Assembly (NCBI RefSeq): GCF_006345805.1
Contig: NC_042999.1
Span: 142,910,001 to 142,974,000 of the forward strand
DNA: 64,000 nt
Direction of reading: 5' to 3'
From: Octopus sinensis
Lineage: Eukaryota
Shown: in pieces, positions 51,041-64,000 of the stretch
How the letters are laid out: every line of letters begins with the position of its first letter
Numbering within the stretch: the first letter of the stretch is position 1
The notes under the pieces: model-generated
The model's database searches: none
Told to the model about the DNA's origin: nothing
Seen by the model: the letters and a program-made list of their open reading frames with translations, nothing else
Program-made: the position numbers and the translations under genes

Positions 51041-51600
51041 GCCCTGATGCAGTACCAGGCAGTGGCTCTTCTGATCTTAACTGATTGGAAGTGTTATCAT
51101 GTACATTGTTTTGTCTTGGTATAAAAGATGGGCTACAGCAAATATTCTGCTCAATACCACAGATTTACTTGTCAGTTGTTTGACTTTAACCAGTTGAGCA
51201 TGTCCCTTAGTGGCTGACGATATGTGCATCTCTGATCACGAGCAGAAGTAGTGGGGGAGCATCATAGCCATGTGTTGAGAGGGATTCTTTGGGGTTTGAA
51301 TAATTCACCTCTGGAAACATGGGTGGTTCTTTCAACATCCTTAAACAACCCTTATTCAGGGACCTTTTGAGCAGGATGGGCTACTCAATCAGAAGAAAAT
51401 TCTAACTGGGCCCCACCTGCAAGGTCATGTGCTGTTTATCTTTTTATGAGATCACCATGTCGCGCACATATAGTTGTGATGCATGTGCCTGGTGTACCCT
51501 TATCAGATGGGTAGTCATGATGGGTATATTGGGCTTCGTATATTTTACCCCAGTGTCACTTTGATGGCATGAACTGCTCTCACACTCAATAATAATAATG
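51040..51600. mobile_element. About 560-bp repeat-like element bounded by (AAT)n, class uncertain (possibly R4/Dong-related, non-autonomous)
   Basis: GC-richer block with (AAT)n on both sides and no coding signal. Dong elements are known to target TAA repeats. Confidence 0.4.
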
Positions 51601-52441
51601 AAATTATTGTATACAGTACTCAGGTGCACAACAACTTGTCAGAAAGTGCGTATAAGGTGTATGCAGTAATGTACAAATGTCTGGAAAGCGAACAATGTAT
51701 GAGTTAGATACATGCTTGTGTGTGTATGGAGGGGAGGAAATCATTATCCATACACACATACAACAAACTTCCTACAGTTTCTGTCAACCAAATTCACTCA
51801 TAAGGCATTGGATAGTCCAGTCCAGGACTGTAGTAGGAAACACTTACCCATTGTATCATGCATGGGACTGAATCTGATATCATTTGGTAGCAATGTAAAC
51901 TTCTTAATCACATCCATGCCTACACCTGTTTTATATATCATCATCATTTAACATCCATTTTCCATGCTGGCGTGAGTTGGATAGTTAGACAGGGGCTGAC
52001 TAGGCAGAAGACTGCACCAGGCTTCACTGTCTGTTTTGGCAGGGTTTATATGGCTGGATGCCCTTCCTAATACCAGCTACCTTAGAGACACATGTTCTTT
52101 ATATTTTATTTGTTTCTATCATTGGACTGCGGCCATGCTAGAGTATCACCATGAAGGGCTTTAGTGGAACATATCAACTGCAGTACTTACATTTTTTTAA
52201 AGTCTGGTACTTATATGACTGAATGGACAAATAAAAGGAAAAGGCACTCAACACTTTTTGTAGGATTTACATATATTATTATATAAATCAGTTGATTTGG
52301 CTCCATGTGACTTAAAGTTTTGAAAGGCTTCTTATAGAAACCAAGCTTGTTCAGACTAAGATTACCAAAGTGAGCTTTTTAAACACACAGCCATGTCTGC
52401 ACCTATTATTTATGTATGTGTGTGTCTGTGTATGTATACAT

Positions 52442-52472
<31 letters not shown>

Positions 52473-52496
52473 ATGGTTCTTTTTTTTTTAACCTTT

Positions 52497-53050
52497 CATC
52501 ATCATCATTTAACATCCGCTTTCCATGGGTCGGACGATTTGACTGAGGAATAGCGAACCAGATGGCTGCACCAGGCTCCAGTCTGATCTGGCAGAGTTTC
52601 TACAGCTGGATGCCCTTCTTAACGCCAACCACTCCGAGAGTGAAGTGGGTGCTTTTACATGCCACTGGCACAAAGGCCAGTCTGGCGGTACTGGCAACAG
52701 CCATGCTCAAATGGTGTTTTTTATGTGCCACCTGCACTGGCAATGACCTCGCTCGAATGTTTTGTTCACGTGCCAGTACGGCAACACTGATAACAATCAC
52801 ACCCAAATGGTGCTTTTTATGTGCCACCGGCACGGAAGCTAGACAGCTGCTCTGGCAGTGATCCCACTCGGATGGAACTGTTAGTGCTCCATTGGCATGG
52901 GTGCCAGTCATCGAATTTGGTTCAATTTTGATTTCACTTGCCTCAACAGGTCTTCGCAAGCAGAGATTAGTGTCCAATGAAGGAAGGTTGGCATGGGTGC
53001 CAGTCGTTGAATTTGGTTCGATTATGAATTCAATTTCGATTTCGATCAGC
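52497..53050 (-). mobile_element. RTE 3'-end copy with tandem-array variant
   Basis: Homologous to 37925-38420 and 9420-10170. Confidence 0.85.
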
Positions 53051-53950
53051 AAAGGATACAAACATTGATGTAAATTCAAAAAGGCTAGCGACACCCCTTT
53101 GTTACTGTCTCTGTAAAAAAAATCAGTGAACCAGTGACTAGCCTGTTCGATAACAGTGACCACTAATACTACTGTACCTAAACTGCAATATTGAATATCA
53201 AAAAAATAAAATAAATAATTTGTTTCTAGAACTGTACTGCAAAGTGCATATAAAACTTTAAAAATAGTATGTAAATATTGGGCTGAGAAAAAGTGAGGGC
53301 TGGTCATAGGATCCAAACCCACATCTCCTATAACTTTTATTACATAATTTATATTTCTATCTCCGCTACCATGCTTAATATCACATCATTCTCATTTTTC
53401 AGTCTATGTTTCTCTACCATTGGGCTGTGCTGCTCAGAAGAAGAAATTATATAATTCATTTATTTCAAGTAAATTAAATATTTGAAATGTATCAATGTCA
53501 CTGAAACACATATGTAACAGGAGCAGCTCTGAAGACTTTGCCTTCATGTTGATTGATAGTGCAACTCAGTCTGTCAAAACATTTCTCTCTCTCTGTTATG
53601 TCTCTGATAGGATTTGAACTATGTACTTTAATTAAACACTCATCAATGATGCAGTCCCAATTATATGGTGCTAATTATACTAGCTGCTATGTGAATTGTG
53701 CCAACAGCTTTAATTATTAAAGTTATTGACATGGCACAACATTGAGAAGATGTAAAATGTTGTCCATTCCATTAGTGAGTGATAATGGTGTAGCAAGGTT
53801 TCTCAGTGCCTAGAGCCTAGACACAAAGATAATTTCTATGCCTCCATCTTGATTAACAACATGACAGACCTCAGGGAAATTTTGTGCTCTGCTACATCTG
53901 CCTTGCTATTTCCCTGGTGGGTGACCTTAATTGATTCAACTACAATTGAT

Positions 53951-54173
53951 TTAACCCTTTAGCATTCAGATTAATCTGTCAACTGTAATGCTTATTTATT
54001 CACATTGTTTTGAATTAACTATGCCTTATCACATAGCCTTGAGATTTCAATGATGTGATTGCTTATTTTTAGAACGACATTGTTGAGGTGTGAAGCCAGA
54101 TCTGGTCAGTTTGAACATAAAACAGATAAAATCTTTGGACCAGATATGGCCTGTTTAAATGCTAAAGGATTAA
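53951..54173. mobile_element. TTAA-targeting MITE, same family as 11514-11740
   Basis: ttaaCCCTTTTAGCATT ... AATGCTAAAGGAttaa. Confidence 0.7.
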
Positions 54174-57099
54174 AGAGTTTTCCATCATATGAACGTATTT
54201 ATCTATATAATGATGTTTCAGTTTATAATATTCGGCACACCTTGTTTTAGCTACCATAAAGAGCCCACTAGTTTGTTTTTCTTTCTTTCTGATTTTCAGT
54301 TTATTGTTCTGTCACCATCTCTGTCTCTTTACTTATGATTAGTGTCTGTTTCTCATAGAGAAGATACAGTTTTCCAAGGTGTGTTGCAAGGCAAGCATCA
54401 AAACAAAAAAGTAAAATAAGTCTAATTTTAAATAAAAGTAATTCATAATAACAGCATCTACGTTCTTATTCTATTCACTACAACACTGTCACAACTATAA
54501 GTCTGTTCCTCTCATCATACTTTACCCTCTCTCATCACTTTCATCATCATCATCATCATCATCATCGTTTAACGTCCGCTAGAAAAATTACATACACTTA
54601 GTTATAGAGGCCCCCACAGACCATTTACTCTTGTAAGTTGCAAGGTGACCTGACTAGTGCTGGTGTCATAAAAAAAGCACCCAATGTACACTGTAAAGTG
54701 GTTGGTGTTAGGAAGGGCATCAAGCCATAGAAACCATTCAAAAACAGACATTGGAGCATGAGAGTCCAGTAGGATCCTCTGATTCACTGGATCCTGTTGA
54801 CTCATTCAACCCACATGGAAAGTGGATGGTAAATCATGATGATGACAATAATGATATGGTTAGTGACTTAAAACTAAGAGCTAATCAAACACAGTGACAA
54901 AACACAATCTGGAGAAAGAGGACATGGGAGTTGAAAATGCAAACAAGCCATAGGTTTAGAGGCAGTAATAGGTGCATATAATAAGATAGAGGAGCAGATA
55001 GAAAATAATAATGTAGAGGATAGTTAGGAATTTCTATGGAATTCTAATGAGGGAGACAGACCAAACCTGAGGGTGGGGCAAGGTCCCAGCCAAAAGAAGG
55101 CAATGTTGGTGGAATAGCTTAGTAGATAGATCCCTAAAAAACCGAGAGTCAAGTTTGGAAAGAGCAGCTGAAAGGAAATAGCAAAGAGAAATACCAAACC
55201 ACAAGAAGAGAAGCTAGACACCAGATTGATCTAGTAAAAGAGGAAGCTAAGTGTAAGACGTCTGCCAATGTTCTTAGACATGAAGATCAGAGACATTAGG
55301 TATTCTGAATTGCAGAGCATTGTGTGAGAGAAAATTAAGACATTGTTGAGAAAAATTGTGTGTGGAATAATAATAGTACACATTCTGTGTGTGTGTATGT
55401 GTGTGTGTGAGAGAGAGATCATCTAACAATGGCTTAATTGGCTGAAACTTCAAAGTCATTGTCAACAAGATTCTTTTTTAAGAATAATAAATTTGTACTC
55501 TACAAAAGTATAGTGTAATCAGATTAATATAAAATTGTTTTTCAAAATAAACACACATGCACACATATATGCACAAATGGGCACCCTTACCCAGTCTCCT
55601 TCTCAAGACATCCCCAGCTCCTGTTATCTTTTTGAATACTGTATTCTGCTGCTGTAATTAAATGTGAGTAGAACTGCATACTTCGGTGCCTTTTCCCTGA
55701 TACTGCTTATCTGGAACCATTTTACTTGATATCCACCCTTCATTCCTACTGTCCTCTCCACCCACATTTCACATGGACAAGTCAATAAATTATCTCCACT
55801 TCTCCCTTGCCATTCATCACTTACTCTCCCCATGTACTATACCAGTCTCTCAATTCACACTCTTGCAACCTAACCAACCTCACATCATTTATTATCTCTC
55901 TCTCTTTATTTCGTCTGCACTCACCCTTCTCTTTTTTATTATATCATTATTACTATTCTGCTGCTCTTCACTCCATTTTTTCCTGCACTTAATCACATCC
56001 TTCTCTCCCAACTCGTATGTATCATAGGTCAACACCTTTCCCCAGTCACTACATTCACCCCTCAACATGATCCAGTCTCTACTGTTGTCACTACTCTTTC
56101 TAGCTTATTCTCACCCACCACTTGCTCTTCATTATATTCATTTCCTCACCCATTCCTCATCCCTAAACATCTCTTGTGACCTCTATCCACCCACTCACTC
56201 CCTCATACCTTGCGTCGGGGTCCATTCCGATACTCATCATCACTATTATCTCTTTCCAGTTCCAACTTGGCCACTCTCACTCTCTATTCTATAATGTAAG
56301 AAGTCATGCAGCTCCTCTACAACAAGAAACTTGTTCTGTTCTGGTTCCTATTCTCATACTTTAATTCCTCATCACCTAGTATAAAGCTGCCTTCCTCTCG
56401 ACAGTAGCCCTATTCAATCGAAGGAGATCTTAGTCTTGTGAGCTGCATGGGACCTGACGTAATGGCGCCACACACACACAAAAAAAGCACCCAGTAGATG
56501 CTGCAAAGAGGTTGGTGTTTGAAAGGGCATCCAGCTGTAGAGATTATGTCAAAGCAGACATTTACAAACGATGTAATCGTCAGACCTGTCAGATCTGGTG
56601 AAACTGCTTCACGTATGCAAGCACGAAAGATGGATGTTAAATAACGATGACATATACAAATAAAATGCGTGTATAGATATATTTTTATGTATACACATTT
56701 CCATATCTATAAAAATACTAAGTATATGTGTATATATCTCTGTGTATACATACTCAGACATGTGTGTGTGTGTGCGCGCGCTCTGTCTGCATGGTAAAGA
56801 ATAATCTGGCTGGAACGAGTACTTGAGTACATATACACACACACGCACGTGCGTGAACAGCGGAGTTTTAATTTACGTCACCATTCAACAATATATTACC
56901 ATCTAAAATTATAGGATATAATTTCATTATAATATCTGTTTATATTTAGAAGTGTAAAAATTTTATATGCTTACAAATTCGAAAGACGGAATGAACAAAC
57001 AATTTTGCAAAAACTAAAAAAAAAAACAAAAGTAATTTTAATGCTGTGAGATTGCGGAAGAAGCCGGGAATCACTGGCTGCTAACGATAAAAGACATGA

Positions 57100-57549
57100 T
57101 CTAATTGGATGATTCAAAACGTAATTTTCGACGCGAATTTCAGTATTTTATTATGTGTCTTTTAAGAACATTCATTTAACTGTAAGTAACTATTGATTTA
57201 ATCAATATTATTCTAAATAAACCAAAAAAAGAATTAGAAATTATTTCTATGTAGTAAGTTGCGAGGTAGATGTTATACTCTATCGTTTACGATCAACTAA
57301 TAAAAAATCACGTTGCAACTGTTTTTCGATGACTTCGGTTAATTCCGTAACTAGGTTCGTTAAATTTTACAAAAATTCTTTTACGATATTTTATTTTCTA
57401 ATTTATTATTTCCAGTTTCTAACGTAATTTGAAAGTCAAAGAAGTATATTTCGTAAATTTATAACGTTAATTTACATTCTTTTACTCGCCCGACGTTGAT
57501 TACTCGTTCCTTTTCGTTGGATGCTAGTTCAAAGTGTGAACAGTGAAAC
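57100..57549. promoter_or_regulatory. CpG-rich promoter region of transportin, possibly bidirectional
   Basis: Lies directly upstream of the TNPO ATG and is visibly richer in CG than the flanks. A candidate minus-strand donor GTAAGC lies at 56974. Confidence 0.5.
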
Positions 57550-57648
57550 ATGGCGTGGTCTCCGGAAGAAAATGGACTGCGTCAAATTCTACAATTATTG
57601 AAAGAATCTCAGTCTCCTGATACAGCTGCACAGCGGGCAGTTCAACAA
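57550..57648 (+). CDS. TNPO1: Transportin (karyopherin-beta2) exon 1 ([33 protein letters not shown])
   Basis: Closely matches the N-terminus of vertebrate TNPO1/TNPO2 as recalled (W.P.E.GL.Q.LQLLK.SQSP.TA.QR.VQ). 99 nt, phase 0, donor GTATCCTT. Confidence 0.93.
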
Positions 57649-57946
57649 GTATCCTTTTAATCATTGTGTTTAATATAGTTTATTTTATTACAAATCATTA
57701 ATTTATATTTCTCTATCTTTGATAAGAGAAGATGAAAAGGGAGTAAGTTCTTACCCCACGTGTTTTAAAAGGATTAAGTTTTATACATAATTTAAATTAA
57801 TGTTTTTTGTTAAACCTATCTAAATAATTGTTTTGTAACTCTACAAACCTTTGATTCTATGTAATTTTTCCCTCGCCTCCATTGAAGTCTTTTATTATAA
57901 GCGTCTACAAAGCAATGTGGCTTATGCCCTTAACAGCTGTTCACAG
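57649..57946 (+). other. U12-type (minor spliceosome) GT-AG intron
   Basis: 5' site GTATCCTTTT matches the RTATCCTTT consensus. Branch site gCCCTTAAC at 57926-57934 lies 12 nt before the exon, with no long polypyrimidine tract. Confidence 0.88.
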
Positions 57947-58022
57947 AAACTTGAGGAATTGAATACTTACCCTGACTTCAACAATTACCTCATTTTTGTG
58001 CTGACTAAATTAAAATCTGAAG
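57947..58022 (+). CDS. TNPO1: Transportin exon 2 ([25 protein letters not shown]); downstream exons not found in the window
   Basis: [11 protein letters not shown] is diagnostic of transportin. Acceptor ttcacAG, donor GTAAGA, in frame with exon 1. Confidence 0.93.
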
Positions 58023-61000
58023 GTAAGACTAGTTTTTAACCTTGCCACCATTTTTTCGACCTCCTGTCATGTTTCGCCGTTCAAAAATTCTTGAGATCTC
58101 GAGCAGCGAGTGGGTGAGTGAAAGGATAGTTTTTAGAAAGAAAATGTTTCAGTATTTCCTTGCATATAAATCGAAGGAAGATGTGTAACGCATTTTCCTT
58201 AGATATTACCTGAACGAAATCTATACGCATGTTCACTAATTTATATAATAAATATCTAAAAATACTTGAAGTATTGAGTTCTTTATTAATTGGTGAATAC
58301 ACTTGTTCCCATGTACAGGCAAATCCTAAAAATATATATTTATATATCTAGGCATTATGATATTAAAATCTTGAGTATATCATTCTTACGTGTCAATCAC
58401 TAAATATTAGTCGCCGGTTTTGTTCACAGTTCATCTTCATTTTTATCTTAAACGTTAAACAAGCAAAAACTACATTTCGCCCTTCAGATTGCTGTTTCTA
58501 TATTTGCGCTCACATGAAGTTTGTTTGATCTAAATCTAATTAGACTAGATAGAATTGGTATTTAAAGATTTAAAATAATGGAAAAGATAATGGAAAGAAC
58601 CATCAAAGTCAAATGACGCAGTAACAATATGTAATCTATTGTCACCCCTGGAGTGTTGCTTTTTTCAGTTACATGAAGATGGATGAACCAATTGCCTGTG
58701 CTACATACATAAAACAGATCATTTCCTCTCATATAACATAGTTTTCATAATAATTAATCAATTTATCGATCTCCAGATTTTTTTTGTTTTTGCTTATGTA
58801 TTTTCCGTGTATCTTTTTTTTATTTTTTGTCATCATTAATTTTCTTCGGTTTGTGTCTAAAAATAACACGAATATTTATTTTAATGGATGCAACCAAGGA
58901 GGGGCGAGCTGTCCAAATCCTACAAGTCGATGTTAATTATATGCGTACAGATAGTGAAATTACTTCCGTGATGGTTGCCAATAGTTACTTCCCCATTTCT
59001 CTTCAGACACCTATATGTAATATATAGGGCCATCGTCTCTGATCATTAGTACAGAAATAGAGTAGTCTGAAACCATGTTGAATGAATATATTTATATATA
59101 ATGTGTGTGTGTGAGAGAGAGAAATATAGCGAATATTCTTAGGAATTCCCTCTCAAAATCTTTCGCTTTTTAATTTTTTTTTCAGCTAACGTATTTAGGT
59201 TTGGTCCTTCTATGCAGTATACAACTCGATAATATTAAAAACCTTTAATTGTTTAATTTCACTTTTTATGATTACCCACGTGTGTGTGTGTATACATATA
59301 TATGTGTGTGTGTGTGAAACTACAGTAGTCGTGTTATATAATTGTCATTAGTCATTATTTGCTGATAGATAGACATTAGTCTTCGTCGCTTTAGTTGTTC
59401 CCCTCCTCCTTTCGCCAGTAGTAATAATGAGGCTGGCCATTGGGGATTGGGGAAGGGGCTCCAATCATTTGAACCGTCAAATGATGCTAAAATGCGTCCA
59501 TCTCCGATTCCTTTTTTTACTTGTAGAATGATTCTTTTAGGAGGAAATCTGTTCAAAAATTCTTATGTAATAAGATGTGGTTGATTAGTGATCGAACATC
59601 CTGTTACTGCACCCACCTCTATAACGATGCATGTATTATGTATGTGTCTGCTAGTAAAACATGAATATAGTGTTTGCAAAGAACATGTCTTCAAGAGAAA
59701 AGGAACTACGCTGTTTGAATGAATGCTTCAGTTCCACATTTCTGTTACTTTTTTTTTTTTTTTTGTAAAATATGATTTGCTCGTTACATTTTATTTACAA
59801 CGTATACACATCCACTGTAATTTGTGCGATCTCTATACATTTCTAATCTACGTTCAACATGACCTGTGTAATTTTTGAATAAAAAAAATTTCCACTTTTG
59901 TCTGCATTTTGTTTTATAGTAGTTTAGAAAATGGTATTTTATGTTTCATTTTAAACTGTTGCTATGTTATATTTATTTTCACTTTACATATATTTTATAA
60001 GCTCTGTATATGTACATGTGTATACGAATATTCTTTTATCTGTGTATGTATCTGTATATCATTTAACGCCTTTCTTCCCTGTTAACATGGGTTGGACGGT
60101 TTTACAGGATCTAAGTCGGTCTGCTTCGTTTTCCGTCTGTTATTGCATGGTTTCTTCAACCGGATGCCCTTTCTAGCATCAACCACTTTACATAGTGTAC
60201 TAGGTCTTTTTTTTTTTTTGTGGTGCTAACACTAGTGAGGTTGCTTTGTAGTTTGCAAGACGAACAAACCTTTTTGTCTGAGAGGTAGAACAGAAAGTGG
60301 TTTCTTTATACGGCGTGTAGAGAGGTTAATGTATGATGGGATGGGTGGGGTGACCAGATTGGCGTCAAAGAGAAAGGTAAATGTGCTGGTGATGAATTGC
60401 CAGAACATTCCTTCAAGGCAACATATCCAAGAAATTGAATAGAAGAGTGCATGAAGACATGAAAATAAGCCGGATTGCAGGTGGTCAGTTATATATAGGT
60501 GAAGGTAGTAGGTGGTGAACAGGTGGAGGTGATCGATGGTAAATATGAGAGGAGGGGGAACAACAGGAATGATGGATGGATGTCAGTTACTCAGGAAAGT
60601 GAGTGATGACTGGTAATGGAGAAATGTGATAAGGAAATGGTTTGCAGTAACAGGTTCTAATTTCATTATTTAGAGCAGAACAATACGGTAGAAAATAAAA
60701 GGACATGAGGGGTGGGATTAAAGGTTGCACAAGTGGAGGAAGGGTGAGAGATCGATAAAACGGGTGGAGAGTGATAGTAGTAAGGAGGGACGGATGTCAA
60801 TAGGTAGTGGTGTATATCAGTACGCGTTTGTGTATATGTATAAATCAGTATGTGCATATGTCGTGCACGTGCGTGTTTGCATAATAGTAAGCGTGTATAT
60901 TATTTATAAATATGTGTTTGTATGTGTACACAGTTATTTTATTGCGTATAAGCCTATCCCCGTGTGAAGCTCTTAGTTGACTATCAGCTTTTGATATAAT

Positions 61001-61769
61001 AAACATAGGTTGTATACTGATGTATGTCTGTGCTAGTTTGTATCTGTATATTGCTAATATTTGCATATTTTTGTGTGTGTGTTAATTCGTTCCTTCCTCT
61101 ACGAAAACTATATGTATTTTGTATGTTTCTTTAAGTGGATTTTTGATACGGTAAGCATAAAGTTTGACATTGTGGCATATTTCAATCGGATGCCTTTCAT
61201 GTCGTTAACCCATTACTGTTTTGCAAGGAATTAATTTTCCACTTTGAAAGTGCGAAGCTATGATCTGACTTATTTGAAGTGAGGTGTCAGTAATTATCAC
61301 GGTTTTTGCTCAGGTCTTTTCACACCCACCTACCCACACACTTTTGTGTTCCATGTACCAGTAGTCAACCTGAGTGTTCAGTACAAGGGTCTCGCCAGAG
61401 GCTTCTCTCTCTTATGCATAGAAACATACATAGACCTAATTGAACATTGGACAAGGTGTTGATGTGTAGTAAGAAGTTTTCTTCCCAAGTGCATAGTTCT
61501 TGGGTTCAATCCTGCTTCATGGTGCCTTGGCCAAGTGTCTTAACCATGGGCTGACCTGAACTTAGTGAGTAGATTTGGTAGATAGGAACTGAAAGAAGTG
61601 TGTATTTTATATATATATATATATATATATATCTGTAATGCCTGTTATGCAAGTAATCTCCTTTCAATTATTCGGTAGCCAAATAATTGTCACATATTAC
61701 ATTTACAGATAAATTCCTCTACATAACATCGAGGTCTCTTTCATTCTTTTGTTGTATTACCATTTTTAT

Positions 61770-61811
<42 letters not shown>

Positions 61812-64000
61812 TGATAAAAATGGTGTTGTAAGTCACTTCAAAAATAAATATTGAAAAAAAAAACGCAATTGACCAAATTTGGACATACGATAGTTTAACA
61901 TAATAGCAACTCTTATATATAATCTTGCCTTCACATTGTTTGATAGTTGTAAACAAATGTCTCTGTTATGCAAGCAATCTCCTTTCATTCCAAATCTTCT
62001 GGAGAAATATTACCTAACTTGCAAACATGTGGGTTAGTGACAGGAAGGGCATCTGGCTATAGAAAATCCATCTCGACAAAATTCAATCCAACCTGTTTAA
62101 GATGGACAAGTGGATAGTGTGGCATTTTTCAACTGGATGCCTTTCATGTCGTTAACCCATACCTTAGAAAGGGAGAAGCTATGATCTGATTTATTTGAAG
62201 TGAGGTGTCAGTAAATATCAGTTTTTGCTCAGGGCTTTTCACACATGTATGTATATGTATATATGCTTGTGTTTGTGAAAATATTCTTGTGTGTGTAACG
62301 TGTTTAACATTTATTTTTCAGTGTTAGAATAGATTGGATGAAGCATTATTTTACAGCTGGATGCTTGCATGTGACTAACCTTTAATGGTTTTCAAATAAG
62401 AGATTATTTTATTCTCCTTTTTGAAAGCACAAAGCTCTGAGGCAATTTGTTAACAAGGAATATAAATATTGTCACTGGTTTTTGATCAAATGGCTTTGCA
62501 CTCTCTCTACATGTGATAGTCTTCCGTACAGTTTCCATCTATCAGTTCCACTCATTGGCCTTTAGTTAGCCATGCACAATTAATACAAATCCTGTTCTTC
62601 TGATTTGCTTAACTGTTATGGTTATCTTTACTTCAGTTCTGGAAACTACTAGCACCTTCAATTGAGTGCTGCCAATAAGTGTTGTAATTGGATATCAGTA
62701 ATGTAAGCATTACTTTCTATTTGTAAGAGCATTTATACAGCTTGGGTGTTTTAGAGATGGATAATAATAGTAATATAAAGAATGTGATGATATTTAGACT
62801 CAGCTAAAAGGATGAAAGATTGAGTGACGTGTTTTCAATTCTCCAACAAATTCAACCTGGCTATGTAAACTGGCACCAGTTGCCATGCCCTAATCAATAG
62901 TCTGTGGAACTGATTGGTTATGCTTTAACAGTTGGCAAGAGGTGGGGAAAATAGTCATGCGGAACATTGATCTTTAAGATATTTTGCAGAATTAAGGTGT
63001 TACCCTCTCTTTGCTTTATGTCCTTTTTTCCAGTACTGGCATAACTTGAACCATATTTGCAAATTATCCTCATTTCCTCTTAGATATTGACCAGCTTCTT
63101 GTCTGTCTATCCTAGTCACCATAACTATGTAGTTCTTTTTTTACAGCTCTGTCTTATAACCCAATGCTTTAAGTTACATATTTTGTTTACAAGAATTTGT
63201 TGTAACCTGCTGCTTGAAACTTGTTTGCATCCCGGTCTAATTCTAAATTGCCATATTTATCTTTTACACTCAGTATATTGTTTGTCCTCAAAGTTAATTT
63301 TAAAGTTATTTGGTCTCTGTGTAAATGTCTGGTCACTAAGGGATTCATATCAAATGAAGGTATAAAAAGATATATCTTAAAAAAACACTATTTTATTAGA
63401 AGATAGTGCATGCTAGATATTTTTAGATATATCTTTTTATACCTTCATTTAATATGAATCCCTTAGTGGCCAGACATTTACAGAGACCAAATAACATATG
63501 TAACAGTTGTTGATTGATGGCTTACATATGAAAACAAGTAATTTATGGAGAATGGTCATTATAGTACTGGTGCAGTGCTGTTCATCAAATTATGACTTGA
63601 TATGTCTTATAGGGATAAATAGTGATATGTTAAAATTTAATTGTAGGTCATAATTGAGATGGCTTGAGCAGCTTGGTTTTATGACCAACTTCTAAAAAAA
63701 AAACTGGCTTCACACTCGAGTGGTTTGTTTATAAAAGCTAATGTAACTGGGTGAAATGAAATCAGTTACATAGTAAGTTTTGATTAAGTTTAAACAAAGT
63801 CCTCTAATCAGTTCTCTTTTTGAAACCTGTTTTTGAAGGTATGGATTAAGCTGGTATAAAAACTCAATATCCAGCTGTTTCAAAACTCATGGATGACTTG
63901 TTTTTCATTTGATGGAAGCTTTTTCAAATGCTACAGCCATTGTGTTGTACTCTTAGGCAAAGCTCATCCTGGAGGTTATGCTGGATCAAGAGTGGAAAGG

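Noticed and set aside
59320-59556. 78-aa minus-strand ORF or G-rich motif in the TNPO intron
   Set aside because: No homology recognised, and only three G4 runs, so it is not a canonical intramolecular quadruplex.
58030-64000. Transportin exon 3 (expected DEPTRSLSGLILKNN-like)
   Set aside because: Not found. The closest look-alike (MDEPIACAT at about 58680) does not match, so the exon is presumably beyond the right edge.

Overview
This is AT-rich, microsatellite- and repeat-dense animal genomic DNA. The repeat repertoire (RTE LINE with an (ATG)n tail, tRNA-derived SINEs, an R4/Dong fragment) suggests an octopus or other coleoid cephalopod; the species call is inference. Two genes are supported by hand-spliced exons. 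(1) An ABCG2-like ABC half-transporter on the minus strand has 7 coding exons between 25349 and 2690 with an intact nucleotide-binding domain, and continues off the left edge. (2) Transportin (TNPO1/2 co-orthologue) starts on the plus strand at 57550, with two exons seen; its first intron is a U12-type (minor spliceosome) GT-AG intron. The rest is mostly mobile DNA: a young 5'-truncated RTE LINE (775-aa open frame, PHD finger, tandem hairpin array in the 3' UTR), three Tc1/mariner elements, Helitron remnants, a 2.6-kb foldback element with an 8-bp TSD, hAT and TTAA MITEs, SINEs, and Penelope-type ends carrying a variant hammerhead-like motif. The most notable structures are a near-perfect 175-bp hairpin with a template-switch signature (48656-49039), the U12 intron, the hammerhead-like family, the repeat-spacer-like LINE 3' UTR, and a CpG pattern hinting at an unannotated transcript at 40-57 kb. 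I found no prokaryote-style system and no true CRISPR array. All alignments and counts were done by eye.
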